64,000 nucleotides of DNA from a bacterium BMS3Bbin13 (GCA_002897735.1 BDTW01000024.1:25598-89597); one strand, 5' to 3'; shown: positions 10,437 through 22,087, counted from the stretch's first letter. Program-made: numbers and translations. The notes: generated from the letters alone by a model not told the origin.

Positions 10437-13400
10437 TCACAGCAGTACCCGTTCGATCCCGCCGTCCCCGGTGCGCTCGAGGAAGCGTCGTTGCCAGTCG
10501 GCGCCGAGCAGCCGGTTGGCCATCTCCACGACGATGTAGTCGGTTTCCAGTCCGGTGTCCTCGGCGTAGCGCATCAGCCCCTGCTGGCAGGCGGGGCACG
10601 AGGTGAGCAGTTTCACGTCTCCGTGCGCCTTCGGGGTGCCGGTGAGCGCGCGGATGCCTTCGAGCAGTTCTTCCTGTTTGCGGAACCGGACCTGGGTGGC
10701 GATGTCCGGGCGCGCGATCGCGAAGGTCCCGGCCTCGCCGCAGCAGCGGTCCGAAAGCCGCACTTCACGGCCCATGAGCCGCGCGGCGACCTCGACGCCG
10801 TTGTAGGTCTTCATCGGCGTGTGGCAGGGCTCGTGGTAGAGGTAGTGCACCCCTTGCAGGCCGTCGAGCCGCAACCCCTTCTCCATGAGGTACTCGTGGA
10901 TGTCGAGCAGCCGGCAGCCGGGGAAGATCTTTTCGAACTCGTACTTGAGGAGCTGATCCATGCAGGTCCCGCAGGAGACGATCACGGTCTTGATGTCCAG
11001 GTAGTTCAGGGTGTTCGCGACACGGTGGAACAGCACGCGGTTGTCGGTGGTGATCCGGTGGCCGCGCTCGCGGTCTCCGCCGGCGGTCTGCGGATAGCCG
11101 CAGCACAAGTATCCCGGGGGCAGCACGGTCTGCGCGCCCGTCTCGTAGAGCATGGCGAGGGTCGCCAGGCCGACCTGACTGAACAGCCGTTCCGAGCCGC
11201 AGCCGGGGAAGTAGAACACCGTCTCGGCGTCCTCGCCGGTGCGCGAGGGGCCGCGCAGGATCGGTACCATCTTGGCGTCCTCCACTCCGAGCAGGGCGCG
11301 CATGGTTTGTGCCGGCAGCCCCGCCGGCATCGGCTTCTTCACAAAGTTGACGACCTGGACGCGCATCGACATGGGTCCGGTGCTGGCGGCGGGCGCCGAG
11401 GAATTGCCCTTGCGCCCGAACCGCCCGACCGCGCGGTAGGCCAGGCGCTGACCGCGGTAGCCCCACTCGATCATGATCTTGCGCATCAGCTTGATGGTGC
11501 GCGGGTCGGTCGCGTTCAGGAACGCCATCGCCGCCCGGGCCGCGGAGTTGGGGCGCTTGTGGCCGCGTCGGCGCAGAATGTGGCGCATGCGGATGGAGAC
11601 GTCGCCGAAATCGATGTCCACCGGGCAGGGGTTGAGGCACTTGTGGCACACGGTGCAGTGGTCGGCCACGTCGTTCATCTCGGCGAAGTGGTGGGTGGAG
11701 ATGCCCCGGCGCGTCTGCTCCTCGTACAGGAACGCCTCGAGGATCAGCCCGGTCGCCAGGATCTTGTTGCGCGGGGAATAGGACAGGTTGGCACGCGGGA
11801 TATGGGTGGCGCAGACCGGTTTGCACTTCCCGCAGCGCAGGCAGTGGCGGATGTCGTCGTTGAGCGCGCCGAGTTCGCTTTCCTCGAGCAGCAGCGCCTC
11901 CTGCTGCACCAGACGCAACGAGGGGGTATAGGCCCGTTCCAGGCCGGCGCCGGGCAGGAGTTTGCCGCGGTTGAAGCGCCCCTGCGGGTCCACCCGGCGC
12001 TTGTAGGCGGCGAACGCCTCCAGGACCTCGGGCTCCAGGTAGCGGAGCTTGGTCAGGCCGATGCCGTGTTCCCCGGAAATGACGCCGCCCAGGGACTTGG
12101 TCAGTTCCATCACGCGGTCGACGATCCGCTCCGCCTCGTGCAGCATCCGGTAGTCGTTGGAATTGACCGGGATGTTCGTATGCACGTTGCCGTCCCCGGC
12201 GTGCATGTGCGTGGCGACGAACAGGCGTCCCGCGCGCAGTTCCCGGTGGATCGCATCCAGGCGCAGGCGCACCGGCTCCAGTTCGCGCCCGGCGAAGATC
12301 CCCTTGATCGGGTGCTCCACCTCGCGCCGGTAGGATATGCGCAGCTCCCGGCGCAACAGCAGGTCGAGGAGGCGGTCGCCGGGCCGCAGCAGGGCGCGGC
12401 GCGCGGCGTCGAGGAGTTCGTCGTGCTCGCTCGCCGGCTCGTCGAGACGATCCAGGAGGGCGCACCAGCGGGCGCGCACGCGGATCAGGTGCCCGCGCGC
12501 GGCGTCGCGTTTGGCGGCCAGGATCGCGCGGTTCTCCTCGCTGTCCTCGAAGTCCGCAACCCCGCGCAGCTCCGCGAGCTCTCCGGAAAGGTATTCGAGG
12601 ACCGCCTCGACCATGTCCAGCTTGTTGCGGGTGGAGTACTCGACGTTGATGCGCTCGATGCCGGCACTGTACTCGGCGAGCCGCTCCAGCGGGATGACCA
12701 CGTCCTCGTTGATCTTGAAGGCGTTGGTGTGGGCGGCGATCGCCGCGGTGCGCGCTCGCGGCGCCCAGAAGCGGCGCCGCGCCTCGGCGCTCGCGGCGAT
12801 GAATCCCTCGGCGCCGCGCGCGTTGGCCATGTGCACCACGCGCGCGGCGGCGTCGGCGACGGCGTTCTCGTCGTCGCCCGAGATATCGGCCAGCAGCACC
12901 ATCTTGGGCAATCCGCGCCGCGGGGCCATGGTGCTGTAGTTCACGGCGCGCACGTAGCGCTCGTCGAGGTGTTCCAGGCCGCTCAACAATACGTCGGGGC
13001 GCCGGTCGAGATACGCCTTGGTCTCGGCGATGGCGGGCACCGCCCGCTCGAGGTCGGAGCCGAAGAACTCCAGGCACACCGTGCGCGCGTGGCGCGGCAT
13101 CCGGTGCAGGATGAAGACCGCGGAGGTGATCAGGCCGTCGCAGCCCTCCTTTTGTACGCCGGGCAGACCGCCGAGGAACTTGTTGGTTACGTCCTTGCCG
13201 AGCCCGGCCCTGCGCAACGTATGTCCGGGTATGCGCAGCGCCTCGGGTTCACCCGCCGGGGTGCGCCCGTCGGCGGCGAGGCGCGTCAGGCGGAACTCGA
13301 CCGTCTCCTGGACGTGGATCCGACCGAGGTTGTGGTTGACGCGCTCGACCTCGAGCCAGGTTCCGTCCGCCAGCACCATGCGCCAGGAGGCCAGGTTGTC

Positions 13401-14285
13401 GAGCGTCGTGCCCCACAACACCGCCTTCTTGCCGCCGGCGTTCATGGCGACGTTGCCGCCGATGGTCGAGGCGTCCTGGGAGGTCGGGTCGACCGCGAAG
13501 ACGCACTCGGCGGCCTCGGCACGCTCGGCGACCCGGCGCGTGACCACGCCGGCCTCGGCGCGGATCGTCGGCGCTTCGGCGGCGAGACCGGGCAGGGTGC
13601 GCATCTCGACGGGGCCGAGCCCTTCGAGTTTCTCCAGGTTGATGACCGCCGAGCGGCTGTCCAGCGGTACGGCGCCGCCGGTATAGCCGGTGCCGCCGCC
13701 GCGCGGGATGATGGTCAGGTCCAGGTCTGAACACGCCGCCACCACCTCTCGCACCTGCGCCTCGCGGTCGGGGCTGATCACCACGAACGGCATCTCGACC
13801 CGCCAGTCGGTGGCGTCGGTGGCGTGCGAGACGCGTGCCAGGCCGCTGAAGTCGATATTGTCCGCGCGTGTGACCCGCGCCAGGCGCCGGCGCACCCGGG
13901 CGCGCAGGCGGCGCGTCTCCGGGAACCAGTCCTCGAATCGCCGTACGGCGCCGCGCGCGTGCTCCGCGAGATCGAGGGCGAGGTGGTTGCCGTTGGCGCG
14001 CGCCACGATCTGGTCGAGGCGGTGGTGCAGGGCGTGCACCAGGGACGCGAAGCGCTTGCGGTTCTCGAGCAGGTCGTCCTGGATGTAGGGATTGCGTTCC
14101 ACCACCCAAAGGTCGCCCAGCACTTCGAAGAGCATGCGCGCCGAGATCCCGGTGCGCCGCGCGCCGCGCAGCTCGTTGATGACGTCCCAGGCCGGCGCTC
14201 CGAGATAGCGCAGCACGATCTCCCGGTCGGAGAACGACGTATAGTTGTAAGGGATCTCGCGGATCCGGGCGGCGGACGCGGTCAT
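10437..14285 (-). CDS. DUF3683-FAD-binding-(Fe-S) oxidoreductase fusion (GlcD/GlcF or YdiJ-like)
   Basis: 1282 aa. N-terminal [21 protein letters not shown] domain [16 protein letters not shown], ferredoxin motifs [11 protein letters not shown] and [12 protein letters not shown], and C-terminal CCG cysteine-rich repeats ([14 protein letters not shown]). Confidence 0.85.
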   Translation of the reverse strand: MTASAARIREIPYNYTSFSDREIVLRYLGAPAWDVINELRGARRTGISARMLFEVLGDLWVVERNPYIQDDLLENRKRFASLVHALHHRLDQIVARANGNHLALDLAEHARGAVRRFEDWFPETRRLRARVRRRLARVTRADNIDFSGLARVSHATDATDWRVEMPFVVISPDREAQVREVVAACSDLDLTIIPRGGGTGYTGGAVPLDSRSAVINLEKLEGLGPVEMRTLPGLAAEAPTIRAEAGVVTRRVAERAEAAECVFAVDPTSQDASTIGGNVAMNAGGKKAVLWGTTLDNLASWRMVLADGTWLEVERVNHNLGRIHVQETVEFRLTRLAADGRTPAGEPEALRIPGHTLRRAGLGKDVTNKFLGGLPGVQKEGCDGLITSAVFILHRMPRHARTVCLEFFGSDLERAVPAIAETKAYLDRRPDVLLSGLEHLDERYVRAVNYSTMAPRRGLPKMVLLADISGDDENAVADAAARVVHMANARGAEGFIAASAEARRRFWAPRARTAAIAAHTNAFKINEDVVIPLERLAEYSAGIERINVEYSTRNKLDMVEAVLEYLSGELAELRGVADFEDSEENRAILAAKRDAARGHLIRVRARWCALLDRLDEPASEHDELLDAARRALLRPGDRLLDLLLRRELRISYRREVEHPIKGIFAGRELEPVRLRLDAIHRELRAGRLFVATHMHAGDGNVHTNIPVNSNDYRMLHEAERIVDRVMELTKSLGGVISGEHGIGLTKLRYLEPEVLEAFAAYKRRVDPQGRFNRGKLLPGAGLERAYTPSLRLVQQEALLLEESELGALNDDIRHCLRCGKCKPVCATHIPRANLSYSPRNKILATGLILEAFLYEEQTRRGISTHHFAEMNDVADHCTVCHKCLNPCPVDIDFGDVSIRMRHILRRRGHKRPNSAARAAMAFLNATDPRTIKLMRKIMIEWGYRGQRLAYRAVGRFGRKGNSSAPAASTGPMSMRVQVVNFVKKPMPAGLPAQTMRALLGVEDAKMVPILRGPSRTGEDAETVFYFPGCGSERLFSQVGLATLAMLYETGAQTVLPPGYLCCGYPQTAGGDRERGHRITTDNRVLFHRVANTLNYLDIKTVIVSCGTCMDQLLKYEFEKIFPGCRLLDIHEYLMEKGLRLDGLQGVHYLYHEPCHTPMKTYNGVEVAARLMGREVRLSDRCCGEAGTFAIARPDIATQVRFRKQEELLEGIRALTGTPKAHGDVKLLTSCPACQQGLMRYAEDTGLETDYIVVEMANRLLGADWQRRFLERTGDGGIERVLL

Positions 14286-14629
14286 GGAGGCCTGTGCAGG
14301 AGAGATGCGTGAGTGGCGGCGGCATTATACCAAGAGGGGACGGGGAAACATCGGGAATCACCCCGATCCGTCGGGTTGTCCGCGAGCCGGTCCGGGGGAC
14401 GGCCGCCCATCCCCCCCCGCATCCCCAAGCGCCGGCGGATCCCGCGGCGGTCCGGGTGGCCTGAAGGTGCGCCACGGTCGGGCCGCTTGAATTCCGCCGC
14501 CTGCGCCCCATGTAGTATAGAGAGGCCTGTATCGCTCGATTCCCACGGAGGGGTCGGCGCGGGCCGGAATACCGAAGGCGGGCGGCAGAGGGTGGCTACG
14601 TGATGTCCCGTGAAGGGGAGGAGGTCGAA

Positions 14630-14911
14630 ATGGATCTTGAGCAACAGTTGCAGACACAGGCGGCCGCCGCACATGCAGCCATCGATCGTGCGCTCGACGT
14701 GGCGCGTAGCGAGGCCGATCATGCGTCGCACGGCGCGCGTCGGGCGCAGGCGCGTATGCAGCGCTCGGTGCGGCGGATCGTGCGGCGTTCCGGGGAGTTG
14801 GGTTCGGAGGCGGGCGAATGCATGCGCGGGCACCCCTACGCGAGTACCGGTGTCGTGTTCGGCCTGCTGGCCGTCCTGGCCGGCGTCCTGTTCGCGAAGC
14901 GCCGGTGGTGA
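14630..14911 (+). CDS. DUF883 (ElaB/YqjD-like) membrane-anchored protein
   Basis: Helical N-terminal part and a C-terminal HPYASTGVVFGLLAVLAGVLFAKRRW anchor. ATG at 14630 is preceded by GGGGAGGAGG. The track ORF starts at 14600. Confidence 0.65.
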   Translation: MDLEQQLQTQAAAAHAAIDRALDVARSEADHASHGARRAQARMQRSVRRIVRRSGELGSEAGECMRGHPYASTGVVFGLLAVLAGVLFAKRRW

Positions 14912-15099
14912 GCCGTCCCTCCGGGACGTTGTGCGCCCGGCGTTGCGACCCTTGCGCATTCGGGGTTCTCGCGTATCCGGGCCGATAATGCCGGCGGCGG
15001 GGGCGCGGAGGGCGGGCGCACTTCGGTGAACGGTGGGGATCCGGGCGTCGGCGCACCGCGCACGAACACTCGCCGCCGCCCGTCGGGGCGCCGCGGGCG

Positions 15100-17334
15100 A
15101 TGACGGGCGCGTTGCGCTTTTTCGCCACGGCGCCGCGCGGCGTCGCGGGGCTGCTGGTAGCGGAGCTGCGTGCGATGGGCGCGGCCGACGTGGCGGAGCG
15201 GCCGGCCGGGGCGGTGTTCTCCGGTACGCTGGAGCTTGCCTACCGCGCGTGCCTGTGGTCCCGTACCGCCAACCGGGTGCTCCTCCCGCTCGCGGAGTTC
15301 GCCGCGCCCGATCCGGACGCCCTGTACGAGGCGGTGAAGGCGCTGGCGTGGGAGGATCATCTGGCGCTCGAGGGATCGCTGGCCGTGGAATGCGCCCTGG
15401 CGGCGAGCGCCGCGATCACCCACAGCCGGTTCGCCGCGCAGCGGGTGAAGGACGCCGTGGTCGATCGCTTCCGCGAGTTGCGCGGCGCACGACCCTCGGT
15501 GGACTTGGTGCATCCGGATCTGCGGATCCATCTTCACGTGCGCGGCGGGCGTGCCACGGTGTCGGTGGATCTGTCCGGCGCGAGCCTGCACCTGCGCGGC
15601 TATCGCAGCGCCGGTGTCGCGGCGCCGCTCAAGGAGAATCTCGCGGCGGCGATCCTGCTGCGCGCCGGCTGGCCGGAGGTGGCGGAGAGCGGCGGGGCAT
15701 TGCTGGACCCGATGTGCGGTTCCGGAACGCTGCTCGTGGAGGGCGCGATGATCGCCGCGGACATCGCGCCGGGATTGTTGCGCACGTACTTCGGGTTTTC
15801 CGGTTGGCTCGGTCACGACGCCGGTTCGTGGGAACGGCTGCTCGCCGAGGCGCGTGAGCGGCGCGCCGACGGTCTCGTACGGGCGCCGACGGTGGTCGGC
15901 TACGACAGCGATGTGGTGGCGGTGCGCGCGGCGCTGGCCAACGTGGAGCAGGCCGGACTGCACGGGTGCGTGCACGTCGAGCGGCGCGGACTGTCGGCCT
16001 GCGAACCGCCGCGTGCCACCGGTGCGCCGGGTCTGGTGGTGGTCAATCCGCCCTACGGTCGGCGGCTCGGCACCCCGGCACAGCTCACCGCCCTGTATGT
16101 GGAGTTGGGGTCGCTGTTGCGGCGTCGTTTTCCGGAGTGGCGGGCGGCGGTGTTCACGGCGAACCCGGAACTCGGCCGACGGATCGGGCTGCGGGCGCAC
16201 CGTACCCATGTCCTCTACAACGGCGCGATCGAGTGCCGCCTGTTGCACTTCGCGCCGCAGGCGGCGGCGACGACGACGGCGGGTGCGGCGGGTGCGGAGA
16301 TGTTCGCCAACCGCCTGCGCAAGAACCTAAAGACCCTCGGGCGCTGGGCGCGGCGCGAAGGCGTGGACTGCTATCGCCTGTACGACGCGGACCTGCCGGA
16401 ATACGCAGTGGCGGTGGACCTCTATTCGGGCGGCACCGGGACGGGCGAGGGCGGACCCTGGGTCCACGTGCAGGAATACGAGGCGCCGCCCACGGTCGAT
16501 CCCGCGAAGGCCGGCATGCGCCTGCAGGACGCGCTCGCGGCGGTCCGCGAGGTACTCGAAGTGCCCGACGGGCGGGTGTTCCTAAAGGTGCGCCGTCGCC
16601 GGAAGGGGCGCGACCAGTACACCAAGCTGGCTGCCGCCGGGCGTTTCCACGAAGTACGGGAGGGAGGGCTGCGCTTCCTCGTGAACTTCACCGACTACCT
16701 GGATACCGGTCTGTTCCTCGATCACCGTCCGACCCGGTCCCTGATCCGGGGCCTCGCGTCCGGCCGGCGTTTTCTGAACCTGTTCGGATATACGGGCACC
16801 GCAAGCGTATACGCCGCCGCGGGCGGCGCCTCGAGCACCCTCACGGTCGATCTCTCGCGCACCTATCTCGACTGGGCGCGGCGCAACCTGGCATTGAACG
16901 GCTACGCCGGTCCGCGTCATTCGCTGGTGCAGGCGGACTGCCTCGAATGGTTGAGGGACCCCGGCACGCGCGGGGCCTTCGACCTGATCTTTCTGGACCC
17001 GCCGACCTTTTCCACCTCCAAGCGCATGCGCGGGACCTTCGACGTGCAGCGCGACCATGTCGCGCTGATCCGGGATGCCCTGCGACTGCTCGCGCCGGGC
17101 GGCGTGCTGTGGTTCTCGAACAACCTCCGGCGGTTCCGGTTGGACACCGAGGCCTTGGAGGATCTGCGGGTCGAGGACGTCACCCGCCGGACGATCCCCC
17201 GCGATTTTGCGCGCAGCCCGCGGATACACAAGTGCTACCGGATCAGAGGAACAGAAAAGGGGACGGAGGGAATATTTATTGACCATCCTGCGACCGCTTC
17301 CTCGGCCGCCCCCGATGCATCTGTCCCGCTTTGA
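15100..17334 (+). CDS. rlmL: 23S rRNA m2G2445/m7G2069 methyltransferase RlmKL
   Basis: THUMP plus two class I methyltransferase domains and VVVNPPYGRRLG (NPPY). The last about 27 codons run into the inverted repeat and the 3' end of the neighbouring transposase gene. Confidence 0.9.
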   Translation: MTGALRFFATAPRGVAGLLVAELRAMGAADVAERPAGAVFSGTLELAYRACLWSRTANRVLLPLAEFAAPDPDALYEAVKALAWEDHLALEGSLAVECALAASAAITHSRFAAQRVKDAVVDRFRELRGARPSVDLVHPDLRIHLHVRGGRATVSVDLSGASLHLRGYRSAGVAAPLKENLAAAILLRAGWPEVAESGGALLDPMCGSGTLLVEGAMIAADIAPGLLRTYFGFSGWLGHDAGSWERLLAEARERRADGLVRAPTVVGYDSDVVAVRAALANVEQAGLHGCVHVERRGLSACEPPRATGAPGLVVVNPPYGRRLGTPAQLTALYVELGSLLRRRFPEWRAAVFTANPELGRRIGLRAHRTHVLYNGAIECRLLHFAPQAAATTTAGAAGAEMFANRLRKNLKTLGRWARREGVDCYRLYDADLPEYAVAVDLYSGGTGTGEGGPWVHVQEYEAPPTVDPAKAGMRLQDALAAVREVLEVPDGRVFLKVRRRRKGRDQYTKLAAAGRFHEVREGGLRFLVNFTDYLDTGLFLDHRPTRSLIRGLASGRRFLNLFGYTGTASVYAAAGGASSTLTVDLSRTYLDWARRNLALNGYAGPRHSLVQADCLEWLRDPGTRGAFDLIFLDPPTFSTSKRMRGTFDVQRDHVALIRDALRLLAPGGVLWFSNNLRRFRLDTEALEDLRVEDVTRRTIPRDFARSPRIHKCYRIRGTEKGTEGIFIDHPATASSAAPDASVPL
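17255..17277. repeat. left 23-bp terminal inverted repeat of the RAYT unit
   Basis: Read directly from the sequence. Perfect reverse complement of 18065-18087. Confidence 0.85.
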
Positions 17335-17974
17335 TGCCGCATCTCTCCGCAATCTGCCGCCGGAACCGATCGTCCCCGACGGGTTGGCAGTAATGGGCCG
17401 CCTTCCGGATCCGATGCAGATCCTCCCCGCCTAGCGGACGAGCGAAGAGGGCTTGGTACGCATGGAATCGCGCCTCGGCCGTCTTACCCAACCGCCGGTA
17501 TTCCTCGTGCGGCTCCAACCAGCCTCCCTCACCCCGGGCGTTGAATCCATAGCTCGACCAGCGATATTCGTCCGGACGCCCGACCATGCCGGCGCGCACC
17601 GGGTTGAGCTCGATGTACCGGTAGCAACAAAGCAAATAGCGTTCTGACTGAACCAGGCTGGCGCGATGTCGCCCTTCCCACAGGGTCCCCGTGCGCCGGT
17701 AGCGGAGATTGATGTAACGGGCATAGCGACTACCCACGACCTTCATTGTGCGTGACACCGCATCTTGCTTTGCCGGCGTGACGAGAAAATGCACATGATT
17801 GGTCATCAGGCAATAGGCGTGGACCGAGACGTCGTAGCGTCGTGCTATCTGACACCACAACTCCAGGTAAAACCGGTAGTTGTCCGCCTCGATAAAACAC
17901 GCTTCCCGGTTGTTTCCGCGCTGCACGACATGATAGGGCAGCCCGGCGAGGTACATCCGTGCACGTCGCGGCAT
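17276..17974 (-). CDS. REP-associated tyrosine transposase (Y1 HUH, IS200-like family)
   Basis: MPRRARMYLAGLPYHVVQRGNNREACF, HUH motif in CLMTNHVHFLVTP, and a catalytic Tyr region YRYIELNPVRAGMV. ATG at 17974 chosen. Confidence 0.85.
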   Translation of the reverse strand: MPRRARMYLAGLPYHVVQRGNNREACFIEADNYRFYLELWCQIARRYDVSVHAYCLMTNHVHFLVTPAKQDAVSRTMKVVGSRYARYINLRYRRTGTLWEGRHRASLVQSERYLLCCYRYIELNPVRAGMVGRPDEYRWSSYGFNARGEGGWLEPHEEYRRLGKTAEARFHAYQALFARPLGGEDLHRIRKAAHYCQPVGDDRFRRQIAERCGIKAGQMHRGRPRKRSQDGQ

Positions 17975-18064
17975 TGCAGTTCCTTTGCTCTGCCAGATCA
18001 AAACGGGATGGTTACAGACCTATCGATCTCCGGTCAAATTCGGGCGCCCGGGGCGCTGGGTAAA

Positions 18065-18087
18065 AAATATTCCCTCCGTCCCCTTTT
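18065..18087. repeat. right 23-bp terminal inverted repeat of the RAYT unit
   Basis: AAATATTCCCTCCGTCCCCTTTT, 17 nt from the typA stop codon. Confidence 0.85.
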
Positions 18088-18103
18088 TCCTGCTTTTCCC
18101 CGG

Positions 18104-19954
18104 TCAGACCGCCGCGCGGGCGGCGCGCTTGCGCGCGTGCTCGAGCAGCAGTTTCTTGCGCAGCCGGATCGCGCGCGGGGTGACTTCCACGAGTTCGTCG
18201 TCGTCGATGAACTCCAGCGCCTGCTCCAGGCTCATGCGTATCGGTGGGGTGAGCACAATGTTCTCGTCGGTGCCCGAGGCGCGCATGTTGGTGAGCTGCT
18301 TGGCCTTGAGGGGGTTGACCACCAGGTCATTGTCGCGCGAGTGCATGCCCACGATCATGCCCTCGTAGACCTCCTCGCCCGGCGCGACGAACAGCCGGCC
18401 GCGATCCTGGAGGTTGAACAGTGCGAAGCCGAGCACCTTGCCGACCCCGTTGGCGATCAACACGCCGTTCTTGCGCCGGCCGAAGCCCCCGGATTTGAGC
18501 GGCCCGTAGCGGTCGAATACGTGGTGCATGAGGCCGGTCCCCGAGGTGGCGGTGAGGAATTCGGTGCGAAAGCCGATCAGACCCCGGGACGGGACGGTGT
18601 AGTCCAGGCGTACCCGGCCCTTGCTGTCCGGCACCATGTCCTGCAGTTCGCCGCCGCGCTCGCCGAGTTTTTCCATGACTGCGCCCTGGCAGGCGCTCTC
18701 CACGTCCACGGTGACCTGTTCGTAGGGCTCCTGGGTGGCGCCGTCGACCTCGCGGAGGATTACTTCGGGGCGCGAGACGCCGAGTTCATAGCCCTCGCGG
18801 CGCATGTTCTCGATGAGGATCGACAAGTGCAGTTCGCCGCGGCCCGAGACCTTGAACTTGTCCGGATCACCGGTGTCCTCGACGCGCAGGGCGACATTGT
18901 GTTGCAGTTCCCGCTCCAGTCGCCCGCGGATCTGGCGCGAAGTGACGAACTTCCCCTCCCGCCCCGCGAACGGCGAGTTGTTGACCTGGAAGGTCATGCT
19001 CACGGTGGGCTCGTCCACGGTGAGCGGTGCCAGCGCCTCGACCGCGTCGGGTGCGCACAGGGTATCGGAGATATGGAGCCCCTCGATGCCGGTGAAGGCG
19101 ATGATGTCGCCGGCACGCGCCTCCGGCACTTCGGTCCGCTCCAGGCCCATGAATCCGAGAATCTGCAACACGCGCCCGTTGCGACGGGCGCCGTGGGGGT
19201 CGATGATCGTGACCGGCGTGTTGGTGGTGATGTTTCCGCGGGTGATACGCCCGATGCCGATCACGCCGACGTAGCTGCTGTAGTCGAGAGAACTGACCTG
19301 CATCTGGAAGGGGCCGTCGAGATCGACGTCGGGCGCGCTCACCTTTTCCACAATGGTCTCGAGCAGCGCCGTCATGTCGCCGTCGTGCACATCGGCGTCG
19401 AGTCCGGCGTAGCCCTGCAGCGCGGACGCGTAGACCACCGGAAAGTCGAGCTGCTCGTCGCTCGCGCCGAGCCGGTCGAACAGGTCGAAGGTCTGGTCGA
19501 GCACCCAGTGCGGGCGGCTTCCGGACCGGTCGATCTTGTTGATAACCACGATCGGGCGCAGGCCGCGCGCCAGCGCCTTCTGGGTCACGAAACGCGTCTG
19601 CGGCATCGGACCGTCCACCGCATCGACCAGCAGCAGTACCGAGTCCACCATGGAGAGCACGCGCTCGACCTCGCCGCCGAAGTCCGCGTGGCCCGGTGTA
19701 TCCACGATGTTGATGCGGTAGCCGTTCCAACGGATGGCGGTGTTCTTGGCGAGGATCGTGATGCCGCGCTCACGCTCCAGGTCGTTGGAGTCCATGACCC
19801 GTTCCTGCACGACGGCACGCGGGTCCAGGGTCCCGGATTGCTGGAGCAGGCGATCGACCAGCGTGGTCTTGCCGTGATCGACGTGGGCGATGATGGCGAT
19901 GTTGCGTAGCTTCTGCAGCACGATGATATCCGCATTGTCTGGAAAGCCGGCCAT
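18104..19954 (-). CDS. typA: translational GTPase TypA/BipA
   Basis: [17 protein letters not shown] (G1) and [12 protein letters not shown] (G3). The ATG at 19954 gives about 616 aa, whereas the track ORF extends implausibly to 20149. Confidence 0.95.
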   Translation of the reverse strand: MAGFPDNADIIVLQKLRNIAIIAHVDHGKTTLVDRLLQQSGTLDPRAVVQERVMDSNDLERERGITILAKNTAIRWNGYRINIVDTPGHADFGGEVERVLSMVDSVLLLVDAVDGPMPQTRFVTQKALARGLRPIVVINKIDRSGSRPHWVLDQTFDLFDRLGASDEQLDFPVVYASALQGYAGLDADVHDGDMTALLETIVEKVSAPDVDLDGPFQMQVSSLDYSSYVGVIGIGRITRGNITTNTPVTIIDPHGARRNGRVLQILGFMGLERTEVPEARAGDIIAFTGIEGLHISDTLCAPDAVEALAPLTVDEPTVSMTFQVNNSPFAGREGKFVTSRQIRGRLERELQHNVALRVEDTGDPDKFKVSGRGELHLSILIENMRREGYELGVSRPEVILREVDGATQEPYEQVTVDVESACQGAVMEKLGERGGELQDMVPDSKGRVRLDYTVPSRGLIGFRTEFLTATSGTGLMHHVFDRYGPLKSGGFGRRKNGVLIANGVGKVLGFALFNLQDRGRLFVAPGEEVYEGMIVGMHSRDNDLVVNPLKAKQLTNMRASGTDENIVLTPPIRMSLEQALEFIDDDELVEVTPRAIRLRKKLLLEHARKRAARAAV

Positions 19955-20207
19955 TATAGTCGGAAACGCCGGATTGTGCACTGTGCCGGTTCGGTTCAAC
20001 GACCGGCGGCGCGGGTGTGGCGATATACCGCTGTATCGGTACGGTTTTTGAGCCGTCCGCAAGCCCGGCCTTCGTGCGGGTCGCGCGCGAAGCCGCCGGA
20101 GGACGCGGTGGCCGCCGCCGGCCACCGCCCGGCCCGGGTGGCGTATCATTGGGTGGGGAACGGGCCTGCGCCGCGTCGGTTGCGGGCGCGCTCGCAGAGG
20201 AGAATAT

Positions 20208-20534
20208 ATGGCTGCTCAGGACCCGCGCGACGACGATACCCCGCCCTGGGACGTGGCCCTCGAGGCCGTCGCGGCGCAGGAGAGCCGGCGCCTGCGACGG
20301 GCTTTGGCGATCGCCGATTTCCACCGCTTGGCGGCGGATCTCGATTTTCGCACCCACGACTTTCTCGCCACGATCCGCCAACTGGTGGCGCACGGTGTGT
20401 GGCGCCATCATCTGGGCGAGGCCCCGGAAGGCCACCCGATGTCTGAGGCCGAGCTCGAGCGGCTCTATGTCCACGGGCGCATCGACGAGGACCTGGCGGA
20501 GAAGTTCGCGGTCACCTGGGAACCGCGCGGCTGA
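20208..20534 (+). CDS. hypothetical protein (108 aa)
   Basis: ATG preceded by GAGGAG with suitable spacing. No recognisable motif, and coding status rests on the SD and ORF length only. Confidence 0.4.
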   Translation: MAAQDPRDDDTPPWDVALEAVAAQESRRLRRALAIADFHRLAADLDFRTHDFLATIRQLVAHGVWRHHLGEAPEGHPMSEAELERLYVHGRIDEDLAEKFAVTWEPRG

Positions 20535-20614
20535 TCGGGCGCGTCGGTGACGGGCCGGGCACGCGTGGCGGACGATTCAATCGGATTCACCCGAGTATGG
20601 GAGGAGGATTCCCC

Positions 20615-21679
20615 ATGAGCCGGCTGTTCACACCACTGCAACTACGCGGGCTGCGACTGCGCAACCGCGTGTTCGTCTCGCCCATGGACCAGTACTCGAG
20701 CCGCGAGGGCCTGGCCACCGACTGGCACTTCGTGCATCTCGGCAGCCGCGCGGTGGGCGGCGCCGGTATGGTGATGGTGGAGGCCAGCGCGGTGGTCCCG
20801 GAGGGGCGGATCTCGCCGTTGGATTCGGGGATCTGGTCGCAGGATCACGCGCGCGCCTTCCGGCGCATCACCGCTTTCATGCGTGAGCAGGGCGCGGTGG
20901 CGGGGATCCAGCTCGCCCACGCCGGGCGCAAGGCATCCACCGCCGCGCCATGGCGCGGCGGTGGACCGCTGGCCCCGGAAGACGGCGGATGGGTGCCGCA
21001 GGGACCCAGCGCACTGGCCTTCGGGGAGGGTTATCCGGTGCCGCGCGAGTTGGGTGCCGCCGACATCGATGCGGTGGTGGAACGCTTCGCGGCCGCGGCC
21101 GGGTACGCCCGGGAGGCGGGCTTCGAGATCGTCGAGGTGCACATGGCGCACGGCTACCTGTTGCACTCCTTCCTCTCGCCGCTGTCGAATCATCGTACGG
21201 ACGAATACGGCGGCGGCCTCGAGAACCGGATGCGGTTGCCGTTGCGGGTGGCGCGGGCGGTGCGCGAGGCATGGCCCGACGAGTTGCCGGTGCTGGTGCG
21301 GATCTCGGCCACCGACTGGGTGGAGGGCGGCTGGGATCTGGAGCAGTCGGTGTCGCTCTCCGGCCGGCTGCGCGAATTGGGCGTCGACCTCGTGGATTGC
21401 TCGAGCGGCGGTCTCGTGCCGGACGCCGTGATCCCGACGGAACCCGGGTTCCAGACGCCCTTTGCCCGGGCGATCCGCGAGCGGGTCGGAATCGCCACGG
21501 CCGCGGTCGGCCTGATTACCGAACCGGTGCAGGCCGAGCATGTGCTGTGCACCGGCCAGGCCGACGCGGTGTTCCTGGGCCGCGTATTGCTGCGCGATCC
21601 GTACTGGCCGTTGCGGGCCGCCGCCGTCCTGGGCGCCGAGATCCGGTGGCCCGTCCAGTACGACCGCGCCCGGGTGTGA
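20615..21679 (+). CDS. namA: NADH:flavin oxidoreductase / NADPH dehydrogenase (Old Yellow Enzyme, YqjM/NamA type)
   Basis: [24 protein letters not shown] and [34 protein letters not shown] lies upstream of the ATG at 20615. Confidence 0.85.
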   Translation: MSRLFTPLQLRGLRLRNRVFVSPMDQYSSREGLATDWHFVHLGSRAVGGAGMVMVEASAVVPEGRISPLDSGIWSQDHARAFRRITAFMREQGAVAGIQLAHAGRKASTAAPWRGGGPLAPEDGGWVPQGPSALAFGEGYPVPRELGAADIDAVVERFAAAAGYAREAGFEIVEVHMAHGYLLHSFLSPLSNHRTDEYGGGLENRMRLPLRVARAVREAWPDELPVLVRISATDWVEGGWDLEQSVSLSGRLRELGVDLVDCSSGGLVPDAVIPTEPGFQTPFARAIRERVGIATAAVGLITEPVQAEHVLCTGQADAVFLGRVLLRDPYWPLRAAAVLGAEIRWPVQYDRARV

Positions 21680-21880
21680 GCGCCCCGAATACCCATATGT
21701 CAAGCCTGACCCCGGGGCGGTCGTGATGGCTTTCGCCGGCGGGTTCTGTTACACTGACGCCCAAGTGCAGTTGTCGGTTTACTCGGTCGTTTCCGGTAGT
21801 TCCCGTAGGGTCCCTCCCGCAAGGTCCGTTCACGTCGCTGCACGAAAACCCATCCGTAATTGTTTTGAGGTCTTGAATGT

Positions 21881-22087
21881 ATGCGTAACGGAACTGTCAA
21901 GTGGTTCAATGAATCTAAAGGCTTTGGCTTTATCTCTCCGGTGGACGGCGGAGAAGACGTCTTCGTCCACTACTCCGCCATCCAGAGTTCCGGTTTCCGG
22001 TCTCTGACCGAAGGCCAGAGCGTCACCTTCGAGGTCCAGCGTGGACCCAAGGGACTGCAGGCTACCGATGTCAACGTAGCCGCCTGA
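21881..22087 (+). CDS. cspA: cold-shock protein, CspA family
   Basis: [15 protein letters not shown] (RNP1) and DVFVHYS (RNP2). 68 aa, preceded by about 180 nt of non-coding leader. Confidence 0.95.
   Translation: MRNGTVKWFNESKGFGFISPVDGGEDVFVHYSAIQSSGFRSLTEGQSVTFEVQRGPKGLQATDVNVAA

Larger units (their letters stand above)
17255..18087 (-). mobile_element. single-gene RAYT/IS200-IS605-like unit bounded by perfect 23-bp inverted repeats
   Basis: AAAAGGGGACGGAGGGAATATTT at 17255-17277 is the exact reverse complement of 18065-18087. The repeats bracket one Y1 HUH transposase gene, wedged between the convergent 3' ends of rlmL and typA. Confidence 0.7.

Noticed and set aside
10491-13730. 1079-aa ORF antisense to the DUF3683/FAD/Fe-S oxidoreductase gene
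   Set aside because: Low-complexity Ala/Gly/Arg/Val-rich translation with no motifs. It is a typical GC-driven shadow ORF opposite a gene with clear domain motifs.
17765-19909. 714-aa ORF antisense to typA; also 1921-4020, 22278-23813, 29434-31914, 60528-62435, 46250-47812 and similar
   Set aside because: All overlap well-supported genes on the other strand or in another frame, and their products are Arg/Gly/Ala/Pro-rich with no recognisable domains.
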